From positions 1,233,948 to 1,297,947 of the forward strand of contig OZ242348.1 of assembly GCA_965208625.1 (NCBI GenBank): 64,000 bases of DNA, read 5' to 3'. Below are positions 1 to 8,790 of this stretch, piece by piece (positions within the stretch are counted from its first letter, which is position 1; each line of letters starts with the position of its first letter). Source of the DNA: Dehalococcoidia bacterium (GTDB lineage Bacteria; Chloroflexota; Dehalococcoidia; Lucifugimonadales; Australimonadaceae). A program made the position numbers and the translations under genes. Under the pieces are notes generated by a model. It did not search any database. It was given only the letters and a program-made list of their open reading frames with translations, and had not been told where the DNA came from.

Positions 1-377
1 CGCGCCAACTGTCCCGCCGCCAGTCTCAGTCCTCCTACGGCCTCTCTCGCGTTCAGCCGGTCTACTACCAGTACCTCAAAGTATTTGCCCTTTACGACGC
101 CCACGAACCCATCCAAGGCTTTTTGGCTCATCCCGCTGAGTGACTTGGGATCTACGCCTGGCATGGCAAGGCTGAACGCTTGCAAGAGCAACGGGCTGAA
201 CTCAGGATTCAGCAGGCGGCTGATCCAAGAATCGACTGTCAAGTCGCCAGCGATTCCAGCCAACTCCAGTATCTCCCGTTCATTGCTGAGTTCCCGCTGG
301 CCCGCCAACTCCAACACCTTTGCCTTCTCTGCCGGAGGGTAGGAATTTGCGAGAGCGATCAGTTCGTCGTAACCCAT
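1..377 (-). CDS. hypothetical protein; 3' end runs off the window (about 125 N-terminal aa visible)
   Basis: Absent from the ORF track because it has no stop inside the window. My translation of the minus strand from the ATG at 375-377 (GGAG 6 nt upstream; stop of the preceding gene 10 nt away) reads MGYDELIALANSYPPAEKAKVLELAGQRELSNEREILELAG... and stays open to position 1. No family recognised. Confidence 0.4.
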   Translation of the reverse strand, partial: MGYDELIALANSYPPAEKAKVLELAGQRELSNEREILELAGIAGDLTVDSWISRLLNPEFSPLLLQAFSLAMPGVDPKSLSGMSQKALDGFVGVVKGKYFEVLVVDRLNAREAVGGLRLAAGQLA

Positions 378-386
378 GACTTACTC

Positions 387-974
387 CTAACACCCTTTCC
401 ACTCTGCTATCACTGCCTCCATCTTCGCAACGCGCTCTTTCAGTTCGGCACTGTCCGTTTTCAGCCGCTCGTTGTCCTCATGCAAGCCAATGATGACCCG
501 CATAGCTGCATCGGTGAAATCGTCGAACGCGCGAATGTCGGCGCCCACTAACACGTCGGCCACCTGCTTTGCACCCCTGCCCGCTTTCTTCCCGCCAACG
601 ACCGCGCCCTTACCTGCCGCACCAGCGGCCCTCCCTCCCGCATCAAGCGCTTGCCTGCCACTTCTCACTGCGACGTGCACTCCAATCCCAGCAGCCTCTA
701 CTCCAGCTTCGCCTACATAGCCCGCAACTTCACCTGCGATTTTGCCCGCCGCGCCTGCTTTTCTACCTACCTGTCTTGCGCCCTTGCCAGCCTTGGTACC
801 GCCGGCGACCGCACCGCGTCCCGCTTGCTTTGCTCCCTTACCCGCCGCGCCGCCTGCCTTCTTGCCACCCCTTGCCACAGCCTTGCCTGCTGCATCTGCC
901 GCATCTGCAAGCCCACTTGCCGCGAGCTTCACTCTACGACTCCTGCTCGGACCCTTTCCGTCTTCCTCTGCCAT
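387..974 (-). CDS. Ala/Gly/Lys-rich low-complexity protein with a C-terminal coiled-coil-like segment
   Basis: ORF 387-989. The internal ATG at 972-974 has GGAAGG 7 nt upstream. The protein shows reiterated AGKGAKQAGRG / AGKGARQVGRK / KKAGRGAKQV motifs and then DNERLKTDSAELKERVAKMEAVIAEWKG. More A/T-ending codons than neighbouring genes (by eye). High-GC shadow frames overlap it, so coding status is uncertain. Confidence 0.45.
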   Translation of the reverse strand: MAEEDGKGPSRSRRVKLAASGLADAADAAGKAVARGGKKAGGAAGKGAKQAGRGAVAGGTKAGKGARQVGRKAGAAGKIAGEVAGYVGEAGVEAAGIGVHVAVRSGRQALDAGGRAAGAAGKGAVVGGKKAGRGAKQVADVLVGADIRAFDDFTDAAMRVIIGLHEDNERLKTDSAELKERVAKMEAVIAEWKGC

Positions 975-1107
975 GGGGTGACCTTCCACGTTATTTCAGG
1001 GTGCGTGTGATTCTAACCCAGAAGCATCCTTCCTTCGCTTGACCCGCGCACACGCCCGTCCTACTCTTACGCCACGCAAAATACGCGCACGCGAGGTGAA
1101 TGCACGC

Positions 1108-2367
1108 ATGCTCAGCGTCAAGGCCAACCAGGAACTCACACAGGTAAGCGCAGGCACGCCCGGGGGCGAGCTCATGCGCCGCTACTGGCACCCCATCGCC
1201 GCAACGGCGGAGCTCGACGAGCGTCCCACCAAGCCGGTGCGGCTGCTCGGCGAGGACCTCGTCCTCTACCGCGACAAGTCCGGCACCCTCGGCCTCATCG
1301 AACGCTTCTGCCCCCACCGCCGCGTCGACCTCTCCTACGGCATCCCCGAGGAGCACGGCCTCCGCTGCATGTACCACGGCTGGATGATGGACGAGACCGG
1401 CCAGTGCATCGAGCAGCCCTTCGAGGAGACGGTCCACCCGGACGGACGCTTCAAGGAGAAGGTCAAGATCGCGGGCTACCCCGTCGAGGAACTGGGCGGC
1501 CTCATCTTCGCCTACATGGGCCCGCAGCCCATGCCGCTGCTGCCGCGATGGGAGCAGTTGACATGGGACAACGCCGTGCGCGAGGTCTGCATCTCGGAAC
1601 TGCCGTGCAACTGGCTCCAGTGCCAGGAGAACTCGCTCGACCCCGTCCACAACGAGTGGCTTCACGCCTACTACGGCAACGTCGTCCGCAACGGCGTCCA
1701 CGCGCTGCCCGAACTGCGCGGCACGCACGTCAAGATCGGGTTCGACGTCTTCGAGCACGGCATCATCAAGCGCCGCGTCTTCAAGGGCTACACCGAGGAG
1801 GACGACGACTGGAAGGAAGGCCACCCCATCATGTTCCCGAACATCCTCCTGGTGGGGGACGAGGTGCGCTCCACGTTCCAGTTCCGCGTGCCGGTGGACG
1901 ACGAGCACACCTACCACGTCTCCTACTACGTGTGGCGTCCCGCGCCGGGAGCGCAGGCCCCGCGCCAGGAGAGCGTCCCCTACCGCTACGTGCCGCTGAA
2001 GGACGAGAACGACCGCTACATCAACGACATCCTCTTCAACCAGGACTACCTCGCGTGGGTCACGCAGGGCCCGGTCGCCAAGCGCCACCTGGAGAAACTC
2101 GGCGAGTCCGACAAGGGCATCATCCTCTTCCGCAAACTGCTGCAGGAGCAGGCGAAGCTCGTCGCCGACGGCGGCGACCCGATGAACACGTTCCGCGATC
2201 CCGAGGAGAACCAGGCGATCCACCTGCCGCTCGAGCAGGTGAAGTTCGGCAACCGCCGACGCCCCGGTTACGCTCTCGTCGAGGCCGGAGAGCCCACGGT
2301 GACGGACATCGTGAACGAGACGCTGGAGAGTTGGGAGGGCATGCGCGGCATGCGCCAGCCGGCGTAG
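1108..2367 (+). CDS. Rieske [2Fe-2S] non-heme iron oxygenase, alpha subunit (phthalate-family, class IA-like), paralog 1
   Basis: Rieske motif CPHRRVDLSYG...CMYHGW; mononuclear iron motif NWLQCQENSLDPVHNEWLH. Start moved from 1039 to the ATG at 1108 (MLSVKANQELTQV, GAGGTG 9 nt upstream) to match the N-termini of the other paralogs. Confidence 0.9.
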   Translation: MLSVKANQELTQVSAGTPGGELMRRYWHPIAATAELDERPTKPVRLLGEDLVLYRDKSGTLGLIERFCPHRRVDLSYGIPEEHGLRCMYHGWMMDETGQCIEQPFEETVHPDGRFKEKVKIAGYPVEELGGLIFAYMGPQPMPLLPRWEQLTWDNAVREVCISELPCNWLQCQENSLDPVHNEWLHAYYGNVVRNGVHALPELRGTHVKIGFDVFEHGIIKRRVFKGYTEEDDDWKEGHPIMFPNILLVGDEVRSTFQFRVPVDDEHTYHVSYYVWRPAPGAQAPRQESVPYRYVPLKDENDRYINDILFNQDYLAWVTQGPVAKRHLEKLGESDKGIILFRKLLQEQAKLVADGGDPMNTFRDPEENQAIHLPLEQVKFGNRRRPGYALVEAGEPTVTDIVNETLESWEGMRGMRQPA

Positions 2368-2374
2368 CCGGCGG

Positions 2375-2692
2375 GTGGAGCGTAGCTTGGACGACAAGGC
2401 CAGCCAACCCGAGACCGACGAATCGGATGACCCGTGGGACGAACCCGAGGTACAGGCGAACCTGAACCGAATCTACAGCAGAGGGCTTTCCACAAACTGG
2501 TATCCATTCCGAAAACCTGTGGACCGGGATGCCGTCAATGTTGAGGGGAATCAGGTGCAGCAGGATCCCGCACGGTGGGCGGCAGGAATGTTCAAGCGGC
2601 CATCGACCATTGTCCTGCTGGGAGTACTGGTGGCGGGAGTGCTGGTGGTCGGCGCAGCGTCCATCATTTCGCTACTTCCGCCCAACGCCTGA
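2375..2692 (+). CDS. small acidic protein with a C-terminal transmembrane anchor, hypothetical
   Basis: 105-aa ORF starting 8 nt after the Rieske stop (GTG start). C-terminal hydrophobic helix STIVLLGVLVAGVLVVGAASIISLL. No family recognised. Confidence 0.35.
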   Translation: MERSLDDKASQPETDESDDPWDEPEVQANLNRIYSRGLSTNWYPFRKPVDRDAVNVEGNQVQQDPARWAAGMFKRPSTIVLLGVLVAGVLVVGAASIISLLPPNA

Positions 2693-2806
2693 TCCCGACC
2701 CCCATGGCACGCCCTGCCACATACCCCTTGACGCTTGACGTTGCGCGGCTTGCTATAATCCCGCCACAGGGCAGAGAAACCCACCAGCACAAGGAGAGCA
2801 CATCTC

Positions 2807-4090
2807 ATGCTGACGCAGGAAGCAAACGACCGCTACACCCGTGTAGGCCCCGGCACCCCGATGGGCGAGTTGATGCGACGCTACTGGCACCCCGTCGCCG
2901 CCGTCTCCCAGATGAACGACAAGTGGACGATGAAGGTGCGCCTCCTCGGCGAGGACCTCATCCTCTACAAGGACCGCTCCGGCACCTACGGCCTCATGGA
3001 GCCACACTGCGCCCATCGGCGCATGAACATGATCTACGGCATCCCCGAGGAGCATGGTCTGCGCTGTCCGTACCACGGCTGGCTGTACGACGAGACGGGC
3101 CAGTGCACGGAGCAGCCGTACGAGGAGACGGAGGACCCTGAGGCGCGGTTCAAGGACAAGATCCAGATGAAGGCGTACCCGGTCGAGCAGAAAGCCGGGC
3201 TCCTCTTCGCCTACCTCGGCCCCACTCCCGTGCCGCTGGTCCCCAACTACGACGTCTTCTCGGCGACCGGCGTCTTGCGCGACATCGGCTACGCGATGCT
3301 GCCGTGCAACTGGCTTCAGTGCCAGGAGAACTCGCTGGACCCGGTGCACCTTGAGTGGCTGCACGTCGCGTGGGCCAACTTCATCCGTGAGATGAACGGC
3401 GACGAAGAACGCCGCACCCGCCGCCCACACAAGGTCATCCACTTCGACGCCTTCGAGCACGGCATCATCAAGCGCCGCATCTGGGAGGGCGGTTCCGAAG
3501 AGGACACCGAGTGGAAGGACGGCCACCCCATCGTCTTCCCCAACTACCTCCGGCAGGGCGGCGACGGCTTCAACGTTTCGGACGGGACGTACCGGGGCAG
3601 CTTCTCGATGGGCCCCGCGTTCCAGATACGCACCCCCATCGACGACCACAACACCGCCCACTGGTGGGTCGCCTGCTACCCGATGGTCGAGGGCGACGTC
3701 GAGCAGACGGCGGAGGAGATCCCCTTCTACCTCCCGCCCGTGCCGATGCTGAACGAGAACGACCAGCCCGTCTACCCCGAACTGCGCAGCAACTCCTCGC
3801 AGGACCCGGCGGCGTGGATCACCCAGGGCGGCATCGCGGACCGCACCGGCGAGCACCTGGGCCGCTCCGACAAGGGCATCATCATGTTCCGCCAGATGCT
3901 GGAGGACAACATGCGCATCGTCGAGGACGGCGGCGACCCGATGGAGGTCTACCGCGACCCTGCGGAGAACGTCTACATCCCGTTCATGACGGAGCAGCAC
4001 AACTACGTGGACACCTCCTCGCGGCAGGGGGCGGCGACCATGTACTCGCCGATCCTGGATAGGCGCGAAGCCGCAGCGGCGGCAAAGTAA
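2807..4090 (+). CDS. Rieske [2Fe-2S] non-heme iron oxygenase, alpha subunit, paralog 2
   Basis: MLTQEANDRYTRVGPGTPMGELMRRYWHP; CAHRRMNMIYG...CPYHGW; NWLQCQENSLDPVHLEWLH. AAGGAG upstream of the ATG. Confidence 0.9.
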   Translation: MLTQEANDRYTRVGPGTPMGELMRRYWHPVAAVSQMNDKWTMKVRLLGEDLILYKDRSGTYGLMEPHCAHRRMNMIYGIPEEHGLRCPYHGWLYDETGQCTEQPYEETEDPEARFKDKIQMKAYPVEQKAGLLFAYLGPTPVPLVPNYDVFSATGVLRDIGYAMLPCNWLQCQENSLDPVHLEWLHVAWANFIREMNGDEERRTRRPHKVIHFDAFEHGIIKRRIWEGGSEEDTEWKDGHPIVFPNYLRQGGDGFNVSDGTYRGSFSMGPAFQIRTPIDDHNTAHWWVACYPMVEGDVEQTAEEIPFYLPPVPMLNENDQPVYPELRSNSSQDPAAWITQGGIADRTGEHLGRSDKGIIMFRQMLEDNMRIVEDGGDPMEVYRDPAENVYIPFMTEQHNYVDTSSRQGAATMYSPILDRREAAAAAK

Positions 4091-4100
4091 CGAACGCCTG

Positions 4101-4128
4101 AGAGGGGCAGCCGAACGGCTGCCCCTCT
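4101..4128 (+). terminator. stem-loop, probable intrinsic terminator after Rieske paralog 2
   Basis: Perfect 12-bp stem AGAGGGGCAGCC / GGCTGCCCCTCT with a GAAC loop, 10 nt after the stop, followed by GGTTATCTC. Confidence 0.6.
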
Positions 4129-4230
4129 GGTTATCTCAACCCTACGCCCCTATGATTGCCGAGGAGCGCTCCCGTACCGCTCGTGCGGGGAGTCGTTGCC
4201 GAAACCTGAACACGTGACCGGAGGCGCAAC

Positions 4231-5340
4231 ATGACCCTCATCCTGAACAACGACGACATCGCATCCGTACTGACGATGGAAGAGACGATAGGCGCCCTGC
4301 GGAGCGCGTACGAGGAGCTCGCGCGCACCGAGGCCGTCTGCCGCCCGCGCATCGACATCCGCATCCCCACGTCCGACCCGTCGAAGATGTACCAGTGGGG
4401 CACCATGGAGGGCGGCTCCGCGTCCGGCTACTTCGCCATCCGCATGAAGTCGGACGTCGTCTACGAGCAGGAGTACGGCGGCACGCGCACCCAGGAGAAG
4501 TACTGCCTGCGCCCCGGCCTCTTCTGCGGCCTCATCCTGCTGATGAGCGTCGACAACGGCGAACCCCTCGCCATCATCAACGACGGCTACCTCCAGCACA
4601 TGCGTGTAGGTGCCGACTCCGGCATCGGCGCGGGCTACATGGCGCGCGAGGACGCCTCGGTCGTCGCCATGATCGGCTCCGGCGGCATGGCGCGCTCGCA
4701 CGCCGAGTCGTTCGCCGCCGTGCGCGACATCAAGCGCATCCAGGTCTACAGCCCCACGAAGGCCAACCGCGAGGCCTACGCCGAGGAGATACGCGGCAAG
4801 CTTGGTATCGAGGTCGTCCCGGTGGCGTCCGCGGCGGAGGCGTGCAAGGGCGCGCACATCGTCGCTGGGTGCACTGACGCGGTCGAGCCGGTCATCTTCG
4901 GCAAGGACGTGGAGGACGGCGCGCACATGACCTGCGTCGGCGGCAGCATAGACGGCGAGGCGATGGAGCGCATCGACCGCTCGCTCCGCCTCGGTTCGGC
5001 GCCAGCGCCGGTCGGCATACCGGAGATGCGGCTCCACGACGAGAACATCGCCTACGAGGCCAACGCACCGGACGGCACGCCCGCATCCGCGAGCCAGACG
5101 CGCGAGCGCGCCGGTAGAGGGCACGGCGTCGTTGCCGAGGACCGCGTTGTCTTCCTGGAGGAAGTGCTGCAGGGAGCGCAGGGACGCCCTGGCCCTACCG
5201 CCGTCACCTACTCGGAGCGCGGCAACATCCAGGGCGCGCAGTTCTTCTCTGTCGCGGGCCGCGCCTACGAGCTCGCGAAGGCGAAGGGCCTCGGCCACGA
5301 ACTGCCCACGGAGTGGTTCCTGCAGGACATCCGCGACTAA
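4231..5340 (+). CDS. ornithine cyclodeaminase / mu-crystallin family protein
   Basis: 369 aa. N-terminal LILNNDDIASVLTMEETIGALRSAY and Rossmann loop VVAMIGSGGMARSHAESF are typical of the OCD/mu-crystallin fold. GGAGG RBS. Confidence 0.85.
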   Translation: MTLILNNDDIASVLTMEETIGALRSAYEELARTEAVCRPRIDIRIPTSDPSKMYQWGTMEGGSASGYFAIRMKSDVVYEQEYGGTRTQEKYCLRPGLFCGLILLMSVDNGEPLAIINDGYLQHMRVGADSGIGAGYMAREDASVVAMIGSGGMARSHAESFAAVRDIKRIQVYSPTKANREAYAEEIRGKLGIEVVPVASAAEACKGAHIVAGCTDAVEPVIFGKDVEDGAHMTCVGGSIDGEAMERIDRSLRLGSAPAPVGIPEMRLHDENIAYEANAPDGTPASASQTRERAGRGHGVVAEDRVVFLEEVLQGAQGRPGPTAVTYSERGNIQGAQFFSVAGRAYELAKAKGLGHELPTEWFLQDIRD

Positions 5341-5379
5341 CCCTTGGATTGCGTTCAGGCGCTTTGCTAAGTTCTGCTC

Positions 5380-5544
5380 ATGAACGAACCACCCGGACTG
5401 CCACCGGACAGGGGCAACCCACGCGGAGAGCTGCGGATCGAGCCCAGGGGCAAGCGTTGCCGCATCGCTATCGTCGTGATAGTTGCCTCGCTCTTCCTCA
5501 TAGGCATATTGGCGAGCCTGCTGGACCTCGGGACGCCCGCGTAG
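5380..5544 (+). CDS. candidate 54-aa single-pass membrane peptide
   Basis: My own translation (below the ORF-track size cutoff): MNEPPGLPPDRGNPRGELRIEPRGKRCRIAIVVIVASLFLIGILASLLDLGTPA. Lies in the 380-bp gap between the OCD gene and bicupin A. No clear RBS. Confidence 0.25.
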   Translation: MNEPPGLPPDRGNPRGELRIEPRGKRCRIAIVVIVASLFLIGILASLLDLGTPA

Positions 5545-5721
5545 TCGAGAGTTCCGCTCTGGGTCCACAGGGCAGACCTGCGTTGACCCGCATGTCCGGC
5601 TGATGCAACTGGCTCACCCCGCTGATGCGTGCTCCCCCATACCGCTCCCCGCGCCCCGCCCCTACTCCGAATCCCTCGCACGGAGTAAGATGCGGCCATC
5701 CGGAACCGACGGAGGCTTTGC

Positions 5722-6822
5722 ATGGCGCGACGTTTCACCTACGACGACTGGATGGAAGCCCAGGGCATCCCCATCCACCGGGGCTACTACGTGGAAGACC
5801 TCCGCGTCGCCGAGTTGGGGTGGTGGGAGGACCGCCAGGTCGACGCCGCGTTCATGCAGTTGCGCGGCATGGAGGGCGTGTGCGAGGGCCGCATCGAGGA
5901 GATACCGCCCGGCCACTCGCTCCCGCCCCTGAAACTCTCGGTCGACGAGCAGGTCTACGTCCTCGGCGGACGCGGCGTCGCCACCGTCTGGACGGACGAC
6001 TCCCGCCCGAAGAAGACGTTCGAGTGGGCGACCCGCAGCCTCTTCCTCATCCCGCGCAACTCCTACTGCCAGCTCACCAACATGGACGGCAACAACCCGG
6101 CCCGGCTGCTCCACTACAACTACCTCCCCATAGCCATGTCGGCCACGCCGGACCCGGACTTCTTCGTCAACAACCCGTACTCGACGAACTCGTTCCTGCA
6201 CAGCACCGACGAGTTCTACTCCGAGGCGAAGGCCGTTATGGAGGAGGGCGAGGGCGCGTTCGCCGGACGCGGACGCCAGGTCTGGCACGGCAACTTCTTC
6301 CCGGACATGGCCGCCTGGGACAAGCTCGTCCCGTTCTGGGGCCGCGGCGCGGGCGGACACGTCGTCTTCATCCAGTCGCCCGGCTCGGAGATGCACGCGC
6401 ACATGTCCGTCTTCCCCGCACGCACCTACAAGAAGGGCCACCGCCACGGCCCGGGCCGCGTCATCGTCATCCCCGGCGGCGAGGGCTACTCGGTCATGTG
6501 GGAGGAGGGCAAGGAGAAGGTCGTCATCCACTGGCACGAGGCAAGCTGCTTCGTGCCGCCTGACCGCTGGTTTCACCAGCACTTCAACCTCGGAGGGGCC
6601 GACGGGCGCTATCTCGCGCTCCATCCACCGAACCAGTTCATGGGCATGTCCGAGAAGGTGACGGACAGGGGCCGCGACCAGATCGAGTACCCGAACGAGG
6701 ACCCGTGGATACGCGAGTACTTCGAGGACCAGTTGGCCGAACGCGGCATGACGTCCGAGATCCCGGCGGAGGCGTACGAGGACCCCGCGTACGAGTGGGA
6801 CTACTCCAAGTCCTCGGGCTGA
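5722..6822 (+). CDS. bicupin metalloprotein (cupin A), function unknown
   Basis: 366 aa. The C-terminal barrel carries cupin motif 1 GHRHGPGRVIVIPGGEG and motif 2 PPDRWFHQHFN; the N-terminal barrel is degenerate. GGAGG RBS. Paralog at 16296-17390. Confidence 0.8.
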   Translation: MARRFTYDDWMEAQGIPIHRGYYVEDLRVAELGWWEDRQVDAAFMQLRGMEGVCEGRIEEIPPGHSLPPLKLSVDEQVYVLGGRGVATVWTDDSRPKKTFEWATRSLFLIPRNSYCQLTNMDGNNPARLLHYNYLPIAMSATPDPDFFVNNPYSTNSFLHSTDEFYSEAKAVMEEGEGAFAGRGRQVWHGNFFPDMAAWDKLVPFWGRGAGGHVVFIQSPGSEMHAHMSVFPARTYKKGHRHGPGRVIVIPGGEGYSVMWEEGKEKVVIHWHEASCFVPPDRWFHQHFNLGGADGRYLALHPPNQFMGMSEKVTDRGRDQIEYPNEDPWIREYFEDQLAERGMTSEIPAEAYEDPAYEWDYSKSSG

Positions 6823-6861
6823 CGCCGGGGCGCATGCACGAGCGCGATACGGTAAGATAAG

Positions 6862-6889
6862 GCAGCGCCGGGCATAGTCCCGGCGCTGC
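6862..6889 (+). promoter_or_regulatory. strong stem-loop between cupin A and the EutA-like gene (attenuator or processing site candidate)
   Basis: 11-bp perfect stem GCAGCGCCGGG / CCCGGCGCTGC with a 6-nt loop, followed by GCTGCAATCCTTAATCTT. No equivalent in the copy-B intergenic region. Confidence 0.4.
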
Positions 6890-6918
6890 GCTGCAATCCT
6901 TAATCTTGAGGACACCAC

Positions 6919-8442
6919 ATGCACGACGATGACGACCTCGACCATGCACACGTACTCGACCTCCTGAACGACGAAGAAGCCGAGGACATCGAGGGGATCG
7001 AGAAGTTCACGCTCTACAGCGTGGGCATAGACATCGGCTCCTCCACCACCCACACCATCTTCTCCCGCCTGATCCTCCGCCGCGAAGGCGCAGGGCTCTC
7101 CGCCAAGTTCGTCGTCACCAACCGCGACGTACTCTACCGCTCGCCCATCATGCTCACGCCCTACTCCTCCGGCACCGCTATCGACACGGACAGCGTGCAG
7201 CAGTTCATCGAGCGTTCGTACAGCGAAGCAGGCTTCACGCCGGACGACGTGGACACCGGCGCGGTCGTCATCACGGGCGAGGCCCTCAAGAAGGAGAACG
7301 CCCAGCCCATCCTGGAGTACTTCTCGGAGGAGTCCGGACGCTTCATCTGCGCGTCCGCCGGCCCGATGCACGAGGCGCTGCTGGCAGCGTTCGGCTCCGG
7401 CGCGGTCGCCATCTCCAAGAGCAACGCAAACACCGTGCTGGACGTGGACATGGGCGGCGGCACGACGAAGATATCCCTCATCCGAAACGGCGAGATCGCC
7501 CAGATGGTCGCCATCGAGGTCGGCGCGCGCCTCATCGCGTACGACGACGACATGACCATCTCCCGCGTCGAGCAGCCCGCCCGCACCATCCTCGGTTCGC
7601 TCGGCCAGACGGTCGAGGTCGGAGAGAAGCTGACCGACGAGAAGCGCGAGCTCTTCGCCGCGAAGATGACCGACATCCTCTTCGACGCCATCAGCGGCGG
7701 CAAGGTGGACCCGCTCACGGAGTCGCTCCTGCTCACCGACAGCCTCGACACCGCTTCGCTCGAGGACGTCGACCACGTCGTCTTCTCCGGCGGCGTCTCC
7801 GAGTATGTGTACGACCGCACGAACGAATCGTACGGCGACATCGGGCCGTGGTTCGGAAAGATGGTCCGCGAGCGCTGCCAGCAGACGTTGCGCCCGGGGA
7901 TGCTGGTGATGCCCGCCGAGGGCATCCGCGCCACCGTCATCGGCGCGGGCGAGTACACGCTCCAGGCAAGCGGCAGCACCTCCTACATCTCCACGCACGA
8001 CGTGCTGCCGGTGCGCGGCATCCAGGTCGCGCGGGCGTTCATCAACAAGGAGCAGACTGCGGAAGAGATGGAGGCTGCGCTGTCGGCAGGCGTCGGCAAG
8101 TACGACCTGGAGAAGCTCCCGTCCACCATGGCGCTCGCCATGTCCATAGCCGGACAGCCGGACTACTGGTACATCCGCCGGCTGGCCGAGTCCATCATCA
8201 AGACCGTGGACGACGAGCCGCCGGAGGCCCCGGTCTTCGTCGTCGTGGACGTGGACGTGGCCAAGTCGCTCGGCGGCATCATCCGCGAGGAGTTGCACCT
8301 GGACCGCGCCGTCATCGCGATTGACGGCATCGAGGTGGGCGACCTGGACTACGTGGACGTGGGCAAGCCGATGGGCGCAAGCGAGGTCATCCCCGTCACC
8401 GTCAAGTCGCTCGTCTTCTCCATCCGCTCGCAGTCCGGGTAG
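6919..8442 (+). CDS. EutA-like ASKHA-fold ATPase (ethanolamine ammonia-lyase reactivase family homolog), copy A
   Basis: 507 aa. Phosphate-1 loop VGIDIGSSTTHTIFS and phosphate-2 loop LDVDMGGGTTKISL; length and collinearity are typical of EutA. Paralog at 17436-18998. Confidence 0.8.
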   Translation: MHDDDDLDHAHVLDLLNDEEAEDIEGIEKFTLYSVGIDIGSSTTHTIFSRLILRREGAGLSAKFVVTNRDVLYRSPIMLTPYSSGTAIDTDSVQQFIERSYSEAGFTPDDVDTGAVVITGEALKKENAQPILEYFSEESGRFICASAGPMHEALLAAFGSGAVAISKSNANTVLDVDMGGGTTKISLIRNGEIAQMVAIEVGARLIAYDDDMTISRVEQPARTILGSLGQTVEVGEKLTDEKRELFAAKMTDILFDAISGGKVDPLTESLLLTDSLDTASLEDVDHVVFSGGVSEYVYDRTNESYGDIGPWFGKMVRERCQQTLRPGMLVMPAEGIRATVIGAGEYTLQASGSTSYISTHDVLPVRGIQVARAFINKEQTAEEMEAALSAGVGKYDLEKLPSTMALAMSIAGQPDYWYIRRLAESIIKTVDDEPPEAPVFVVVDVDVAKSLGGIIREELHLDRAVIAIDGIEVGDLDYVDVGKPMGASEVIPVTVKSLVFSIRSQSG

Positions 8443-8466
8443 CGGGAGCGTTCGGAGTCTGGCTCC

Positions 8467-8790
8467 ATGCTCATCGCGGCACTCATCTTCGGACTCCTGG
8501 GCGGCATCGTCGGCCTCTTCATCGGAACGCTCATCTTCGTCGGCGACCTCGTGGACTTTGCATTCCGCGGGGGAGACACCAGCACCGCCGGGCTGTTGGT
8601 GCTGTTCTTCGCCCTCCTGGCCATCGTCGGTTCGATCATGTGCCTTAAGAAACCGTGGCAGGCTGCGACGCTCCTGCTCCTCTCCGGCATCGGTTCCATG
8701 GTCGTCATCAACATATTCGGAGCCCCCATCTTCTTCCTCACGCTCCTGGCGGCCTTCTCCGCCATCCGCGGACGCCGGGAGGTCCGCTAA
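8467..8790 (+). CDS. small integral membrane protein (3-4 TM helices)
   Basis: 107 aa, strongly hydrophobic (LIAALIFGLLGGIVGLFIGTLIFVG..., LLVLFFALLAIVGSIM..., LLLLSGIGSMVVINIFGAPIFFLTLLAAF). Starts 24 nt after the EutA-like gene. Confidence 0.6.
   Translation: MLIAALIFGLLGGIVGLFIGTLIFVGDLVDFAFRGGDTSTAGLLVLFFALLAIVGSIMCLKKPWQAATLLLLSGIGSMVVINIFGAPIFFLTLLAAFSAIRGRREVR

Noticed and set aside
991-4000. 468-aa and 415-aa minus-strand ORFs (991-2397, 2753-4000), and similar ORFs at 28310-29683 (-) and 43069-43902 (+)
   Set aside because: Each mirrors a Rieske oxygenase gene on the opposite strand. The Rieske frames carry the CxH/CxxH and iron-binding motifs, and the mirror frames carry none.
5722-8442. 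Interpreting the cupin/EutA-like pair as part of a classical eut (ethanolamine utilisation) operon
   Set aside because: No eutB, eutC, eutL/K/M/N shell, eutT or cobalamin genes occur anywhere in the window. The partner gene is a cupin and the context is aromatic catabolism, so only the family assignment (EutA-like ASKHA ATPase) is retained.
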